A stretch of 64,000 nucleotides of DNA, taken from the NCBI GenBank assembly GCA_963795855.1, contig CAWCIZ010000003.1:736001-800000 (forward strand), given 5' to 3'. The DNA is from Vulcanimicrobiota bacterium (lineage in GTDB: Bacteria > Vulcanimicrobiota > Vulcanimicrobiia > Vulcanimicrobiales > Vulcanimicrobiaceae). Shown in pieces: positions 21,741-31,696 of the stretch (position 1 is its first letter; every line of letters starts with the position of its first letter). The notes beneath the pieces are model-generated. The model had not been told where the DNA came from. It did not search any database and was given only the letters and a program-made list of their open reading frames with translations. The translations under genes and the position numbers were made by a program.

Positions 21741-22774
21741 ACGGTGCGTGCTTAGGCGTCGCCGTCATCGGCGCCGGCTACTGGGGACCGAATCTCGTCC
21801 GAAACTTTTTCAATTCGCCGAATTGGGAAGTGGTCTACGCAGTCGATCGCGATGAGACGCGAATCAATAAGGTTCGCCGGCAGTTTCCAAGCGTCGAGGG
21901 CGTACGCGAGATCGGCCTTGCGCTTGCAGATGAACGCGTCTCGGCCGTCGCTATCGCCACGCCGGTAGAAACGCATTTCGATCTCGCAAAGGCGGCGCTG
22001 CTTGCCGGCAAACACGTAATCATCGAGAAACCGATGACCGAAACGGCGGTGCAAGGCGAAGAACTTTGCCGCATCGCCGCCGAGCGCGCGCTGACGCTGA
22101 TGGTCGACCACACGTTCTTGTACACCGGCTCGGTGGAACTGCTGCGCCGGCTCGTCGAGCGTCACGAGTTCGGCCGCATCCTGTACTTGGATTCGGTTCG
22201 CGTGAATCTGGGATTGTTTCAGAACAACGTCAACGTCGTCTACGACTTGGCGCCGCACGACGTATCGATTTTCAACTACGTGCTGGGCGAATATCCGGTT
22301 TCCGTGTCCGCGAACGTCGCGCATTGTATTCACGAAGATATGGCGGACGTTGCGTTTCTTACGTTGCGCTACCCGTCCGGAGTGCTCGCGCACGCGCACC
22401 TGAGCTGGCTTTCACCGGTCAAAGTGCGCCGTCTGACGATAGCCGGCCGCAGCAAAATGGCGATTTGGGACGACGTCGAGCCGAGCGAGAAGGTGCGCAT
22501 CTACGACAAAGGCGTCGAAACGAATCCCGATTACGAATCCAGCGCGCGGCGCATGGTCTCGTATCGCACGGGCGACATGCACGCGCCCGCCCTCGACGCA
22601 ACGGAAGCCCTGACCAAAGGCATCGAGAATTTTTACCGTGCAATCACTGCCGGCGAGCCGGTGCGATCTGCCGCGCAAGACGGCTTGGCGGTCGTACGCG
22701 TCCTGGAGGCTACCGATAAATCGATAGCAGCCGAGGGCGCCACCATCCAACTTTCAAACGGAGTACTTGCTTAA
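21737..22774 (+). CDS. Gfo/Idh/MocA oxidoreductase (nucleotide-sugar 3-dehydrogenase-like)
   Basis: VIGAGYWG, ATPVETH, GKHVIIEKP, YDLAPHD, SWLSPVK. Confidence 0.92.
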   Translation: MNGACLGVAVIGAGYWGPNLVRNFFNSPNWEVVYAVDRDETRINKVRRQFPSVEGVREIGLALADERVSAVAIATPVETHFDLAKAALLAGKHVIIEKPMTETAVQGEELCRIAAERALTLMVDHTFLYTGSVELLRRLVERHEFGRILYLDSVRVNLGLFQNNVNVVYDLAPHDVSIFNYVLGEYPVSVSANVAHCIHEDMADVAFLTLRYPSGVLAHAHLSWLSPVKVRRLTIAGRSKMAIWDDVEPSEKVRIYDKGVETNPDYESSARRMVSYRTGDMHAPALDATEALTKGIENFYRAITAGEPVRSAAQDGLAVVRVLEATDKSIAAEGATIQLSNGVLA

Positions 22775-22776
22775 AC

Positions 22777-23880
22777 ATGGAAACCCGCATCAAGGTGCCG
22801 TTCCTCGATCTCAAAGCGCAATACGACACCATCAAGGACGAGATTTGGCCGGCAGTGCGCGAGGTCGTCGAGCGAACGCAGTTCATTCTCGGGCCGGCCG
22901 TGGAGCAATTCGAAACGAATTTCGCCGCATACTGCGGTGCGTCGCAGTGCGTCGCGACCGGATCTGGGACGGATTCGCTGCATCTCGCGCTGCTCGCTGC
23001 GGGCGTTGGCCCGGCTGACGAGGTGATCACGCAGGCGAACACGTTCGTCGCGACGACCGAGGCTATCGCATACACGGGCGCGCGCGTCGTCCTCGTCGAT
23101 GTCGCGCCGCCTTCGTACGCGATAGACGTTGACGCGATACGCGCCGCCATCACCCCGAAGACCAAGGCAATCGTTCCCGTTCATTTATTCGGCCAGCCGT
23201 GCGATTTGGACGCGATCTACGCACTCGCAAAAGAAGCGAATCTCGTCGTCATCGAGGACGCCTCGCAAGCGCACGGCGCGCAGATTCGCGGCCGCCGCAT
23301 CGGCGATCGCGGCATCGCTTCGTTCAGTTTCTATCCCGGCAAGAATCTCGGCGCGTATGGCGAGGGCGGCGCCGTTACGTGCAACGACGGAGCCTTTGCG
23401 GAGAAGATGCGAATTCTGCGCAATCACGGCAGTTCGAAGAAATATCTGCATTCGCATATCGGCTACAACTACCGTATGGACGGCATCCAAGGCGCGGTTC
23501 TCGACGTCAAACTCAAATATTTGGACGAATGGACCGATGCGCGCCGCAAAGTCGCGGCGCTGTACGACTCGCTGCTCGCAGACATTCCGAAGCCCGCGGT
23601 TCCGCAGGACGTCAAACACGTGTACCACATCTATCCGCTGTTCGTGACCGGCCGCGATGCATTCCGCGCGAGGCTCTCGGAGGACGGCGTCGACACGAAC
23701 GTGCACTATCCGGTGCCATGTCATCTGCAAGAAGCGTTTCGCTACCTCGGGTATGCCGAAGGGGCTTTCCCGCACTCTGAGTTCATGGCGAACGCGGAAG
23801 TGTCGTTACCGATGTATGCGGAGATGACGGACGAGATGGTTCGTTACGTTGCCGCCGCGGTGCGCCGGCACTACCGTTGA
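22777..23880 (+). CDS. DegT/DnrJ/EryC1/StrS sugar aminotransferase
   Basis: VPFLDLKAQY, EDASQAHGA, FSFYPGKNLGAYGEGG, GYNYRMD, SLPMY. Confidence 0.95.
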   Translation: METRIKVPFLDLKAQYDTIKDEIWPAVREVVERTQFILGPAVEQFETNFAAYCGASQCVATGSGTDSLHLALLAAGVGPADEVITQANTFVATTEAIAYTGARVVLVDVAPPSYAIDVDAIRAAITPKTKAIVPVHLFGQPCDLDAIYALAKEANLVVIEDASQAHGAQIRGRRIGDRGIASFSFYPGKNLGAYGEGGAVTCNDGAFAEKMRILRNHGSSKKYLHSHIGYNYRMDGIQGAVLDVKLKYLDEWTDARRKVAALYDSLLADIPKPAVPQDVKHVYHIYPLFVTGRDAFRARLSEDGVDTNVHYPVPCHLQEAFRYLGYAEGAFPHSEFMANAEVSLPMYAEMTDEMVRYVAAAVRRHYR

Positions 23881-24680
23881 TGGATCCGCGCGAAATCGAG
23901 CGCCTGAAAAACACGTGGGACCATCTTGGGAAGGTCGACCCGATGTGGGCGATTCTTACCGCCGATCCCGCCAAACTCGGACACGGATGGGATAAAGACG
24001 AGTTCTTTGCGACGGGCCGAAATGAAATCGATGCGCTGGTCGACGAGTTGCAAACTCGCGGCATCGCGGTGAAATTTGGCGCAGCGTTGGATTTCGGTTG
24101 CGGTCTGGGGCGTTTGACGCAGGCGCTGGCTCGGCATTTCGAACGGGTTACCGGCGTCGACATCGCGCCCTCGATGATCGAGGGTGCTCGGCATTTCAAC
24201 GCGTTCGGCGAGCGCTGCGACTACGTCGTCAACGATCGGCCGGATTTGCGGCTGTTTGAAAGCGGCTCGTTCGATTTCGTCTACAGCACGCAAGTGCTTC
24301 AGCATATTCCGGTGAACATGACACGCGCGTACATCGCAGAGTTTTGCCGCGTTGCAAAGCCCGGCGGCGTTATCGTCTTTCAGTTACCGGAAGCGGTACC
24401 GTTGAACGCGCGGACGCGGCTTTTTCACGCGATCATGCCGCTGCTGCTGCGCCTGCTGCCCGGCTTCGCAATTCGCGCATACCGCCGCCTGAAATACCGC
24501 AACGCCACCCCCGAAACGATTGCCTCCCTTCCGCGAAACATCATGGAAATGCACGGCTTGTCGAAGCAGCTCGTCACGGAACTTCTAGCGCAATCCGGAG
24601 CAAAGGCCGTGTACGTTCGGCAAAACACCGAAGTCGGCACGACGTGGACGAATTGGCAGTATTACGCCGTTAAAAGCTAA
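23880..24680 (+). CDS. Class I SAM-dependent methyltransferase
   Basis: DPMWAIL, ALDFGCGLGRL, VDIAPSM, VLQHIP, RVAKPGG. Confidence 0.9.
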   Translation: MDPREIERLKNTWDHLGKVDPMWAILTADPAKLGHGWDKDEFFATGRNEIDALVDELQTRGIAVKFGAALDFGCGLGRLTQALARHFERVTGVDIAPSMIEGARHFNAFGERCDYVVNDRPDLRLFESGSFDFVYSTQVLQHIPVNMTRAYIAEFCRVAKPGGVIVFQLPEAVPLNARTRLFHAIMPLLLRLLPGFAIRAYRRLKYRNATPETIASLPRNIMEMHGLSKQLVTELLAQSGAKAVYVRQNTEVGTTWTNWQYYAVKS

Positions 24681-24693
24681 CGGCTGCGCGGCA

Positions 24694-26208
24694 TTACTTC
24701 AGCCGGCAATACGTCGGCGGTATCGGACGTGGGCCGGCGGCGTGCAACGTCGCCGCATCTTTGCGCGCCGCCGTCGAAACACCGGATCCGCTCAACGTAA
24801 ACGCGTAGACTTTACCGGATAAATCGGCGACGAACAGGCCTTGCGTCGTCAGGACCGGACCGCCGTGGAAATTTCCGGCGGTTTGGTGCGACCACAGCGT
24901 ATTTCCGGTTGACGGGTCGAGCGCTTCGATCGTGTCGTCGATCGTCGCAAACGCCAAGTCCGGGGTGGTCGCGACGTACGAGGAGATTGGATAGTTCATC
25001 GTGCGCTGCCACTTTATTTCGCCGCTGGGCGAAAGCCCGTACAGCGTGCTCCCCGGCGGAGGTCCGGTGTTCGACGGAAAACTGTGAAAGCCGCCGCTGA
25101 TGATGAAGGTCGAGTCCGTGTAGCCGGGCGTCATGTGGCCGCCCAACTCGTCGGCGACGCCGAGGTTTTCTTTCCAGAGAACGTTGCCCGTCAGCAAATC
25201 CACCCAATACATGTAGCCGCTCTTTGCGATGACGTACCCGGTCGTGCCGAGGACTAGTACGCCGCCGCCCACGTCGTCATCGTGATTCGCAGTGGCGGTT
25301 TGAACGAACCACTGTTCTTTCAGGCCGAGATCCGATGCAACGATCGAATTCGCCGAAGGCGGCGAGGTGACGCACGTGTTGCCGGTTCCGAAGATCAAAC
25401 GCGTTCCGTCGTAGCTGAGCGGACCCCAGACACCGCCGCCATCCGGGGCCGGCGGCGCAGTCAACCAGATCGATCCGGGCGAACCGGTTTTCTCATCAAA
25501 CGCATACACGCCGCCGGCATGGCAGAATCCCGCGTCGCCCAGTGAGACGCCGGCATAGATGACGCCGTTCACCGCAACGGGCGAGCCTTGCAGCGCGCCA
25601 GGCACGCGCTGCGTCCACAGCATGTGACCGGTCAACGGATCGAGCGCGGTGAGTTGCGACGGATAGTCGTGCTGACCGACGAACAAAATCCCGTCGTAGA
25701 TCGCGGGCGTCATCTCGGTCCACTGCCCCATTTGATCCTGCCAGACGATCGCGCCCGTTTTTGCGTTGAACGCCGTTAGTTCACCGTTTTCGTCGGTGGT
25801 GTAAAGCAGTGCGCCGTACAGAATGGGACTCGCATTGAACGGCGCGTTCGTGGAGCTTTGATAACTCCAGGCAAGTTTTAAGTCCGAAAGCGTCGAGCGG
25901 TCGATACCCGTGGGATTCGGTTCGAAGCCGGTGCGCAGAATGTCGTGCGCGTACGTCGCCCAATTATCGCTCGGCGTCGTTGACGGAACCTCGAAACTCG
26001 GATCGGGATCGGAAGGACCGGTACCCGGAGGAGCGGTTGCCGTCGGATGGCTGGGCAACGACGGAGACGAGGCGGCTCCCCCGCCGCCGCCACCGCAGCC
26101 GGCGAACGAGACGGCAAAGCACGCAAGGATTCCGGCGACGGCATACCTGTTCACCGCGGAAAGGTTGGCGGCTCGAGCGTCCTTTCCTACGATTATTTTC
26201 CCAGGCAA
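24694..26208 (-). CDS. Lipoprotein with PQQ-like (BamB/PQQ_2) beta-propeller repeats; start uncertain
   Basis: Lipobox SFAG-C followed by Gly run; W..Y.HD..RTG; repeated ALD..TG..LW motifs. Confidence 0.82.
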   Translation of the reverse strand: MPGKIIVGKDARAANLSAVNRYAVAGILACFAVSFAGCGGGGGGAASSPSLPSHPTATAPPGTGPSDPDPSFEVPSTTPSDNWATYAHDILRTGFEPNPTGIDRSTLSDLKLAWSYQSSTNAPFNASPILYGALLYTTDENGELTAFNAKTGAIVWQDQMGQWTEMTPAIYDGILFVGQHDYPSQLTALDPLTGHMLWTQRVPGALQGSPVAVNGVIYAGVSLGDAGFCHAGGVYAFDEKTGSPGSIWLTAPPAPDGGGVWGPLSYDGTRLIFGTGNTCVTSPPSANSIVASDLGLKEQWFVQTATANHDDDVGGGVLVLGTTGYVIAKSGYMYWVDLLTGNVLWKENLGVADELGGHMTPGYTDSTFIISGGFHSFPSNTGPPPGSTLYGLSPSGEIKWQRTMNYPISSYVATTPDLAFATIDDTIEALDPSTGNTLWSHQTAGNFHGGPVLTTQGLFVADLSGKVYAFTLSGSGVSTAARKDAATLHAAGPRPIPPTYCRLK

Positions 26209-26237
26209 TTCTCAGTTTTGCGCCAAAAAAACGCGCC

Positions 26238-26772
26238 ATGCTCGAGCGAGTGCCGACGAAATTCGAGGATGCGTTTTTGATCAAACCGGCGGCGTTCGCA
26301 GACGCGCGCGGGCTGTTCAAGGAGAGTCTACGTGCGCACGAAATACCGCGCCCTCGGCATCGCCGACGAGTTCGTGCAAGACAACGTCTCGTTTTCGCGC
26401 CGCGGCGTGTTGCGTGGTTTGCACGGCGATCCGCGGATGAGCAAACTCGTGCAGGTGCTGCGCGGAGAGGCGTTCGACGTCATCGTCGATGCGCGCAAGG
26501 AATCGTCGACCTTCGGGCAGTGGGAAGGCGTGCACCTGCGTGCGCAAGAGCACGTGCAGATCTACATCCCCGCCGGTTTTCTGCACGGCTTTCTCGCGCT
26601 GAGCGACGACGTGATTTTCACATACAAGCAAAGCGCGGAATACGATCCGGCACAGGAAATCGGCGTGCGCTGGAACGATCCGGATCTCGCGATCGCGTGG
26701 CCGCTTACCGGCAATCCGGAACTCTCGCCGAAAGACTTAGCGAACCGCGCCTTCCGCGAGGTCTTCGCGTGA
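26238..26772 (+). CDS. rfbC: dTDP-4-dehydrorhamnose 3,5-epimerase (frameshift near 26326)
   Basis: FADARGLFKE then FVQDNVSFS, GVLRGLH, IPAGFLHGF, WNDPDLAIAWP, LSPKD. Confidence 0.93.
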
Positions 26773-26794
26773 GCCGTTAGTGCAGCTCGGATAT

Positions 26795-27601
26795 TTACGA
26801 TATTTGCGCGCTGCGGTAGCGCAAACCGGTGAGTTGCTCCTCGGCCATCTCCACCCCGATTCGCCGTCCGGCAACGGGCGCGTGAAAATCCGTTCCGCCC
26901 GTCACGAGCAACTTGCGCGCCGAAGCGAACTCGCGAAGCATCTGCTGAGCGTCGGCGTCCGCCGTCGGGTGCACGACTTCGATGCCGTCCGCGCCGAGTT
27001 TGTAAAGTTCCTCGAGATGCGCCGCTTCCCGCAGACGCATGGGGTGCGCCACCACGGCAACGCCGCCTGACTCGTGGATCAGCTCGATGATGCGATCCGA
27101 ACTAAGCCGCTCGAGCGCGATGTAGCCGTCGCCGTCGTCGGCGATGTACCGGTCGAAGGCCTCTTGCACCGTCGTCACATGCCCTTTGGCGACAAGCGCC
27201 CGCGCCAAGTGCGGACGTCCGAGCGAACTCGCGGCCGCCGCTTGCGCTACAACGTCTTCCATCGCGATTGCAATGCCGAGCACGTTGAGTCTGGCAACCA
27301 TCCCTTCCATACGGCGACGGCGGTCGGCTCGCTGGGCGTTCAACGCTTGCAGCAGCGGCGAGCCGTGGTCGTCGATTCCGTACGCGAGAATGTGCGCGGT
27401 GTGCCCGTCGTAATGCGAATCGACCTCTAGTCCCGGAATGCAGCGCTCGCGAAGGTCGTCCGGCACCGGATATGCGTCCAGGCAGTCGTGGTCCGTAATG
27501 CTAAAAAGCAGTAAATCGCGTGCGCGAATTTCCTCGAACAGCCGTTCCGGCGCCCAGACGCCGTCGGACTTTGTTGTGTGCAGGTGAAGATCGCAGAGCA
27601 C
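26795..27601 (-). CDS. PHP-domain phosphoesterase, TrpH/YciV-like
   Basis: DLHLHTTKSDG, ITDHD, HILAY, GRPHLARAL, AHP, GGTDFH. Confidence 0.9.
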   Translation of the reverse strand: MLCDLHLHTTKSDGVWAPERLFEEIRARDLLLFSITDHDCLDAYPVPDDLRERCIPGLEVDSHYDGHTAHILAYGIDDHGSPLLQALNAQRADRRRRMEGMVARLNVLGIAIAMEDVVAQAAAASSLGRPHLARALVAKGHVTTVQEAFDRYIADDGDGYIALERLSSDRIIELIHESGGVAVVAHPMRLREAAHLEELYKLGADGIEVVHPTADADAQQMLREFASARKLLVTGGTDFHAPVAGRRIGVEMAEEQLTGLRYRSAQIS

Positions 27602-27723
27602 GACCTTAGTGTTCGGCCGCACCCGCCGATAACATGTGGGTTGACGCAATCTTGGCAGGCAGTGCAGCACACGATGGTATCCACGCCCAGGGTCTCTCGG
27701 GTACCCTGCGAACTGATTTCACG

Positions 27724-28545
27724 ATGACCCCCGCGGTGAGAGCGGACCAAGACGCCTATCTGGACGACTTGGAGGCGCAGTCCGTTTACATTTTGCGCGA
27801 GGCTTTCGCCTGCGTGGAGCCGCTGTGCATGCTCTGGTCCATCGGCAAGGACAGCACGGCGCTGCTCTGGCTCGCGCGCAAGGCATTTTTCGGCCGCGTT
27901 CCCTTTCCGCTCGTCCAGCTCGATACGGAGATGGAACTGCCCGAAGTGTACGAGTTCCGCGACCGGATCGCCAAGGAGTGGGATCTCGATCTTCGCGTGG
28001 AGCTGTGCCCGCCAGAATCGAGCGTCGATCAAACGTTGCCGCCGGGCGCTCGCGCCGCCGCGCGCAAAACCGAAGGGCTCAAACAGTTGTTGCAGCGCGA
28101 TCGGTATCGCGGAGTCTTGCTTGGCATTCGCCGCGACGAACAAGCGACGCGAGCCAAAGAGCGCGTGTTCAGCCCGCGCTCGTTCGGCGGCGATTGGGAT
28201 GTGCGTCACCAGCCCGCCGAGTTCTGGAACCACTACACGACGGACGTCGCCGAAGGCATGCATCTGCGCATCCACCCGCTGCTGCACTGGACGGAAGTCG
28301 ACATCTGGCGTTATCACCAGCGCGAGAACATTCCGTACGTGGCGCTGTATCTGGCAAAGGACGGCAAACGCTATCGTTCGCTCGGCGAAAAGAACATTAC
28401 GGTGCCCATAAACAGCAACGCCGCGACCCTCGAAGCGATCATCGCGGAACTCGAAGCCACGCGCGAACCCGAACGCGCCGGCCGTTTGATGGATCACGAA
28501 CAGGAAGATGCATTCGAGCGCCTTCGCGCTTCGGGGTACATGTAG
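27724..28545 (+). CDS. cysD: Sulfate adenylyltransferase subunit 2
   Basis: LEAQSVYILRE, WSIGKDS, GIRRDE, RAKERVFS, WTEVDIW, RYRSLG, GYM end. Confidence 0.95.
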   Translation: MTPAVRADQDAYLDDLEAQSVYILREAFACVEPLCMLWSIGKDSTALLWLARKAFFGRVPFPLVQLDTEMELPEVYEFRDRIAKEWDLDLRVELCPPESSVDQTLPPGARAAARKTEGLKQLLQRDRYRGVLLGIRRDEQATRAKERVFSPRSFGGDWDVRHQPAEFWNHYTTDVAEGMHLRIHPLLHWTEVDIWRYHQRENIPYVALYLAKDGKRYRSLGEKNITVPINSNAATLEAIIAELEATREPERAGRLMDHEQEDAFERLRASGYM

Positions 28546-30398
28546 ATGTCGCGCGCGCTCAAGATCGTCATCGGCGGACACGTCGACCATGGAAAGTCGA
28601 CGCTCATCGGACGTTTGCTGCACGACACCGATAGTCTGCCGCCCGGAAAAGCGGAAGAACTGGAAGCGCTCAGCCGCAAGCGCGGCATGCCGCTGGAATG
28701 GTCGTTCGTGCTCGACGCACTGCAGACCGAGCGCGATCAGGCCATCACCATCGACACCACGCGCGTCTGGTTCACGTGGAACGCACGCCGCTACGCGATC
28801 ATCGACGCGCCCGGGCATCGCGAGTTCGTGCGCAACATGCTCAGCGGCGCGTCCGAAGCCGATGCGGCGGTGCTGGTGGTCGACGTCGTCGAAGGCGTCA
28901 GCGAACAAACCAAACGTCACGCGCAATTGCTGCACATGCTCGGCATCCGTCAAATAACCGCCGTGCTGAACAAAATGGACGCCGCAGGCTACGACGCGGC
29001 GCGTTTCGAACAGGTCGCACGCGAAACACGCGAGATGCTGACGGCGCTGGACTTGCATCCGCATTCGCTGATTCCAATCTCTGCGCGCAACGGCGAAAAT
29101 CTGAAAAACCGCTCCGCGAACATGTCGTGGTACGGCGGCCCCTCATTGCTGGAAGCGCTCGAGCAGTTCAATCCGATGACGGCGATGATCGACGCGCCGC
29201 TACGGCTTCGCGTACAGGACGTGTACCGCAACGATGGTTCGCGCATCGCGGTCGGCCGCATCGAATCCGGAAGTATTGCGATGGGCGACAAGGTGCTGCT
29301 CTCGCCGATGAATTCCGCGGCGACGGTGCGCACCATCGAGCGCTGGAGCGCGCCCGATCACCCGTTGGCGACCGCCGGCGAATCGATCGGCATCACGTTC
29401 AACGAACCGGTCTTCGTCAATCGCGGCGACGTCGTCAGTCACGCGGATCGGCCGCCCCAGCTCGATTATGCCTTCCGCGCCATCTGCTTCTGGCTGGACG
29501 AAACGCCGCCGCAGGTTGGCGAGCAGCTCACGGTTCAATTCGGAGCCACGACGGCTCGCGCCGTTATCGCCGCAATCGAGAGCGTCGTCGATTCATCGTC
29601 GCTGCAGACCCTCGCCACGGATACGATTCCGCGTTACGCGATCGTGCAAGTGCGCCTGCGTTCCACGGCGCTGATTCCGCTCGACAATCACGCGTCGATG
29701 CCCGCGTCATCGCGTTTGGTTCTGCTGCGCGGACGGGATGCAGTCGCCGGCGGAGTCGTCAGCGGCGTGACGACCGGAAACGCGCCGCAGAACATCTACC
29801 ATGCGGATCACCTGATTTCGCGCGAGGAACGCGAGCGCCGCAACGGTCATCGCGGCGCAGTCATCTGGCTGACCGGCCTTTCCGGCGCCGGGAAATCGAC
29901 GCTTGCCATGGCGCTCGAACGCGCGTTGTTTGCGCAAGGCGCGTCGGTGTACGTGCTCGACGGCGACAACGTGCGCGCAGGCTTGAACGGCGACTTGGGC
30001 TTTTCGGCTGCGGATCGCGCGGAAAACATCCGCCGCATCGGCGAGGTAGCCGCGCTGTTTGCGGATTCGGGCTCGATCGTCATCACCGCGTTCATTTCGC
30101 CGATGCGCCGCGATCGCGACATCGCGCGAAAAGCGGCGGGCGAGCGCTTCCACGAAGTCTACGTCAGCGCCGACGTGCGAACGTGCGAACTCGCGACACG
30201 AAAGGATTGTACAAACGCGCGCGCGCCGGAGAGATATCCGAATTCACGGGCGTCTCCGCGCCGTACGAGGCGCCCGATGCGCCGGAGTTGACGCTCGATA
30301 CCGCCGGGAAGTCGGTCGATCGCTGCGTCGATGAATTGGTCGCATACGTCGCGGCGGCAGCGGGCTTGCGCGAGGCAGTTCGAACGCAGCGGCGATGA
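28546..30398 (+). CDS. cysNC: Bifunctional sulfate adenylyltransferase GTPase subunit / APS kinase (frameshift near 30190)
   Basis: [37 protein letters not shown]; other frame continues [28 protein letters not shown]. Confidence 0.93.
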
Positions 30399-31150
30399 TC
30401 GCGCTCTCGGTCGTCCTACTCGGGTTTTTCATCGGCCTGGTTTCGGGCGCAACCGGCATCGGCGGCGGAACGCTGCTGGCGCCGTTTCTGATGTTCGTGC
30501 TGAAAGTCGATCCCTTCGTTTCGGTCGGCACGGATCTCTTCGTCAGCGTCGTCACCAAAGCGCTCGGTTCGGCGATTCACAAACGCTCGAACAACGTCGA
30601 GATGCGCTCGATGACCGCGCTGGCCGTCGCGGGCGTTCTCGGCTCGCTGGTCGGATTGGCGGTTCTCGCGTTCTTGAAGCTGCACGCGGACGTGCATTTG
30701 GCGCAGGGAGCGCTGCGCCGCGGCATCGGAATCGCGCTGTGCGTGTGCGCGTTCGCCATTGCGTTCGCATCGAAGTTTCGCTCGGGGCACGAGCGGTTCG
30801 ACAACGGCGCCTCGCTGGGCGTGATGGGCTTCGTCGTGGCCGCAATCACGGCGATAACCGGCGTCGGCGTGGGTTCGCTCAGCGTGCCGGCGCTGTACTT
30901 CATCAAAGGTCGCGCGAAGATTCAAACGATCGTGGGCACGAGTTTGATGTACGCGACGATCGTTACCGCCGTCGCCGCAATCGGACATATCGTGCTGCGC
31001 GACGTGAACTTTTCGATCGCAGGTTTGCTGCTCGTCGGTTCGCTGCCGGGCGTCGCGCTGGGAAGCACGCTTGCAACGCGCGCCGCTTCAGCGCTCAGAC
31101 CCGTCATAGTGGCGCTGCTCGTCCTATCCGGCCTGCGCCTTATCGCCTAA
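30395..31150 (+). CDS. TauE/SafE-family sulfite exporter
   Basis: [25 protein letters not shown] internal repeat; about 8 TM. Confidence 0.88.
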   Translation: MIALSVVLLGFFIGLVSGATGIGGGTLLAPFLMFVLKVDPFVSVGTDLFVSVVTKALGSAIHKRSNNVEMRSMTALAVAGVLGSLVGLAVLAFLKLHADVHLAQGALRRGIGIALCVCAFAIAFASKFRSGHERFDNGASLGVMGFVVAAITAITGVGVGSLSVPALYFIKGRAKIQTIVGTSLMYATIVTAVAAIGHIVLRDVNFSIAGLLLVGSLPGVALGSTLATRAASALRPVIVALLVLSGLRLIA

Positions 31151-31173
31151 GGAACCTCTGATTAAGAGATTCC
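31151..31173. terminator. Possible hairpin between convergent genes
   Basis: GGAAcCTCT-GATTA-AGAGaTTCC between the tauE stop and the convergent gene; weak U-tract. Confidence 0.35.
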
Positions 31174-31186
31174 TAGTTTCGCTAAA

Positions 31187-31669
31187 CTACTTGGTCTCGA
31201 ACGTCTTGACGTTCTTCAGGCCGGCGTCCTTGAACGTTTGCTCGACCGCGGGCGCCTCGGCCTTGTCGGCCTTGTAAACGACGACGCTGCGCCCCGCCTC
31301 GATAGCGTCGTTATAGTTCTGCACCTGGTCCTGCGGAATCGCGTATTCGGCGAGATGGTCGATGATGTGCGGCTCGGCAAAGAATCCGACGTACCGCGTG
31401 TCCGAGCTGATGTTCGGAACTTGCGGATCTCCGAAATTGGTGAGGATCGATTCGCCGCCGACGATGACTTCGTGCTGGACGTCCGACGTCGGATGATCTT
31501 GCCCGACATGCATGAACGTGAGCATGGAGTCGTGATGCGTATCCGTCGGAGCATCTTTCGTGATGACCGCGATCTTATCGCAGTTCACCGTCTCCTGGGC
31601 GCACAGGGAGTCCTCGAGGTGCTGCGGATCCGACGATTGCGCGATACCGGTGACCAGATGTTCAGCCAT
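31187..31669 (-). CDS. Hypothetical protein, YflT/general-stress-17M-like C-terminus
   Basis: IPQDQVQNYNDAIEAGRSVVVY; RBS AGGAG; paralog of the adjacent gene. Confidence 0.7.
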   Translation of the reverse strand: MAEHLVTGIAQSSDPQHLEDSLCAQETVNCDKIAVITKDAPTDTHHDSMLTFMHVGQDHPTSDVQHEVIVGGESILTNFGDPQVPNISSDTRYVGFFAEPHIIDHLAEYAIPQDQVQNYNDAIEAGRSVVVYKADKAEAPAVEQTFKDAGLKNVKTFETK

Positions 31670-31696
31670 TGTTCTCCTATAACCGTTTCGACAGCC

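Noticed and set aside
24694..26208. PQQ-dependent alcohol/methanol dehydrogenase
   Set aside because: Only generic propeller repeats; no vicinal Cys pair or WDYD-type motif seen and no pqq or cytochrome neighbours. The same applies to 36397..37683.
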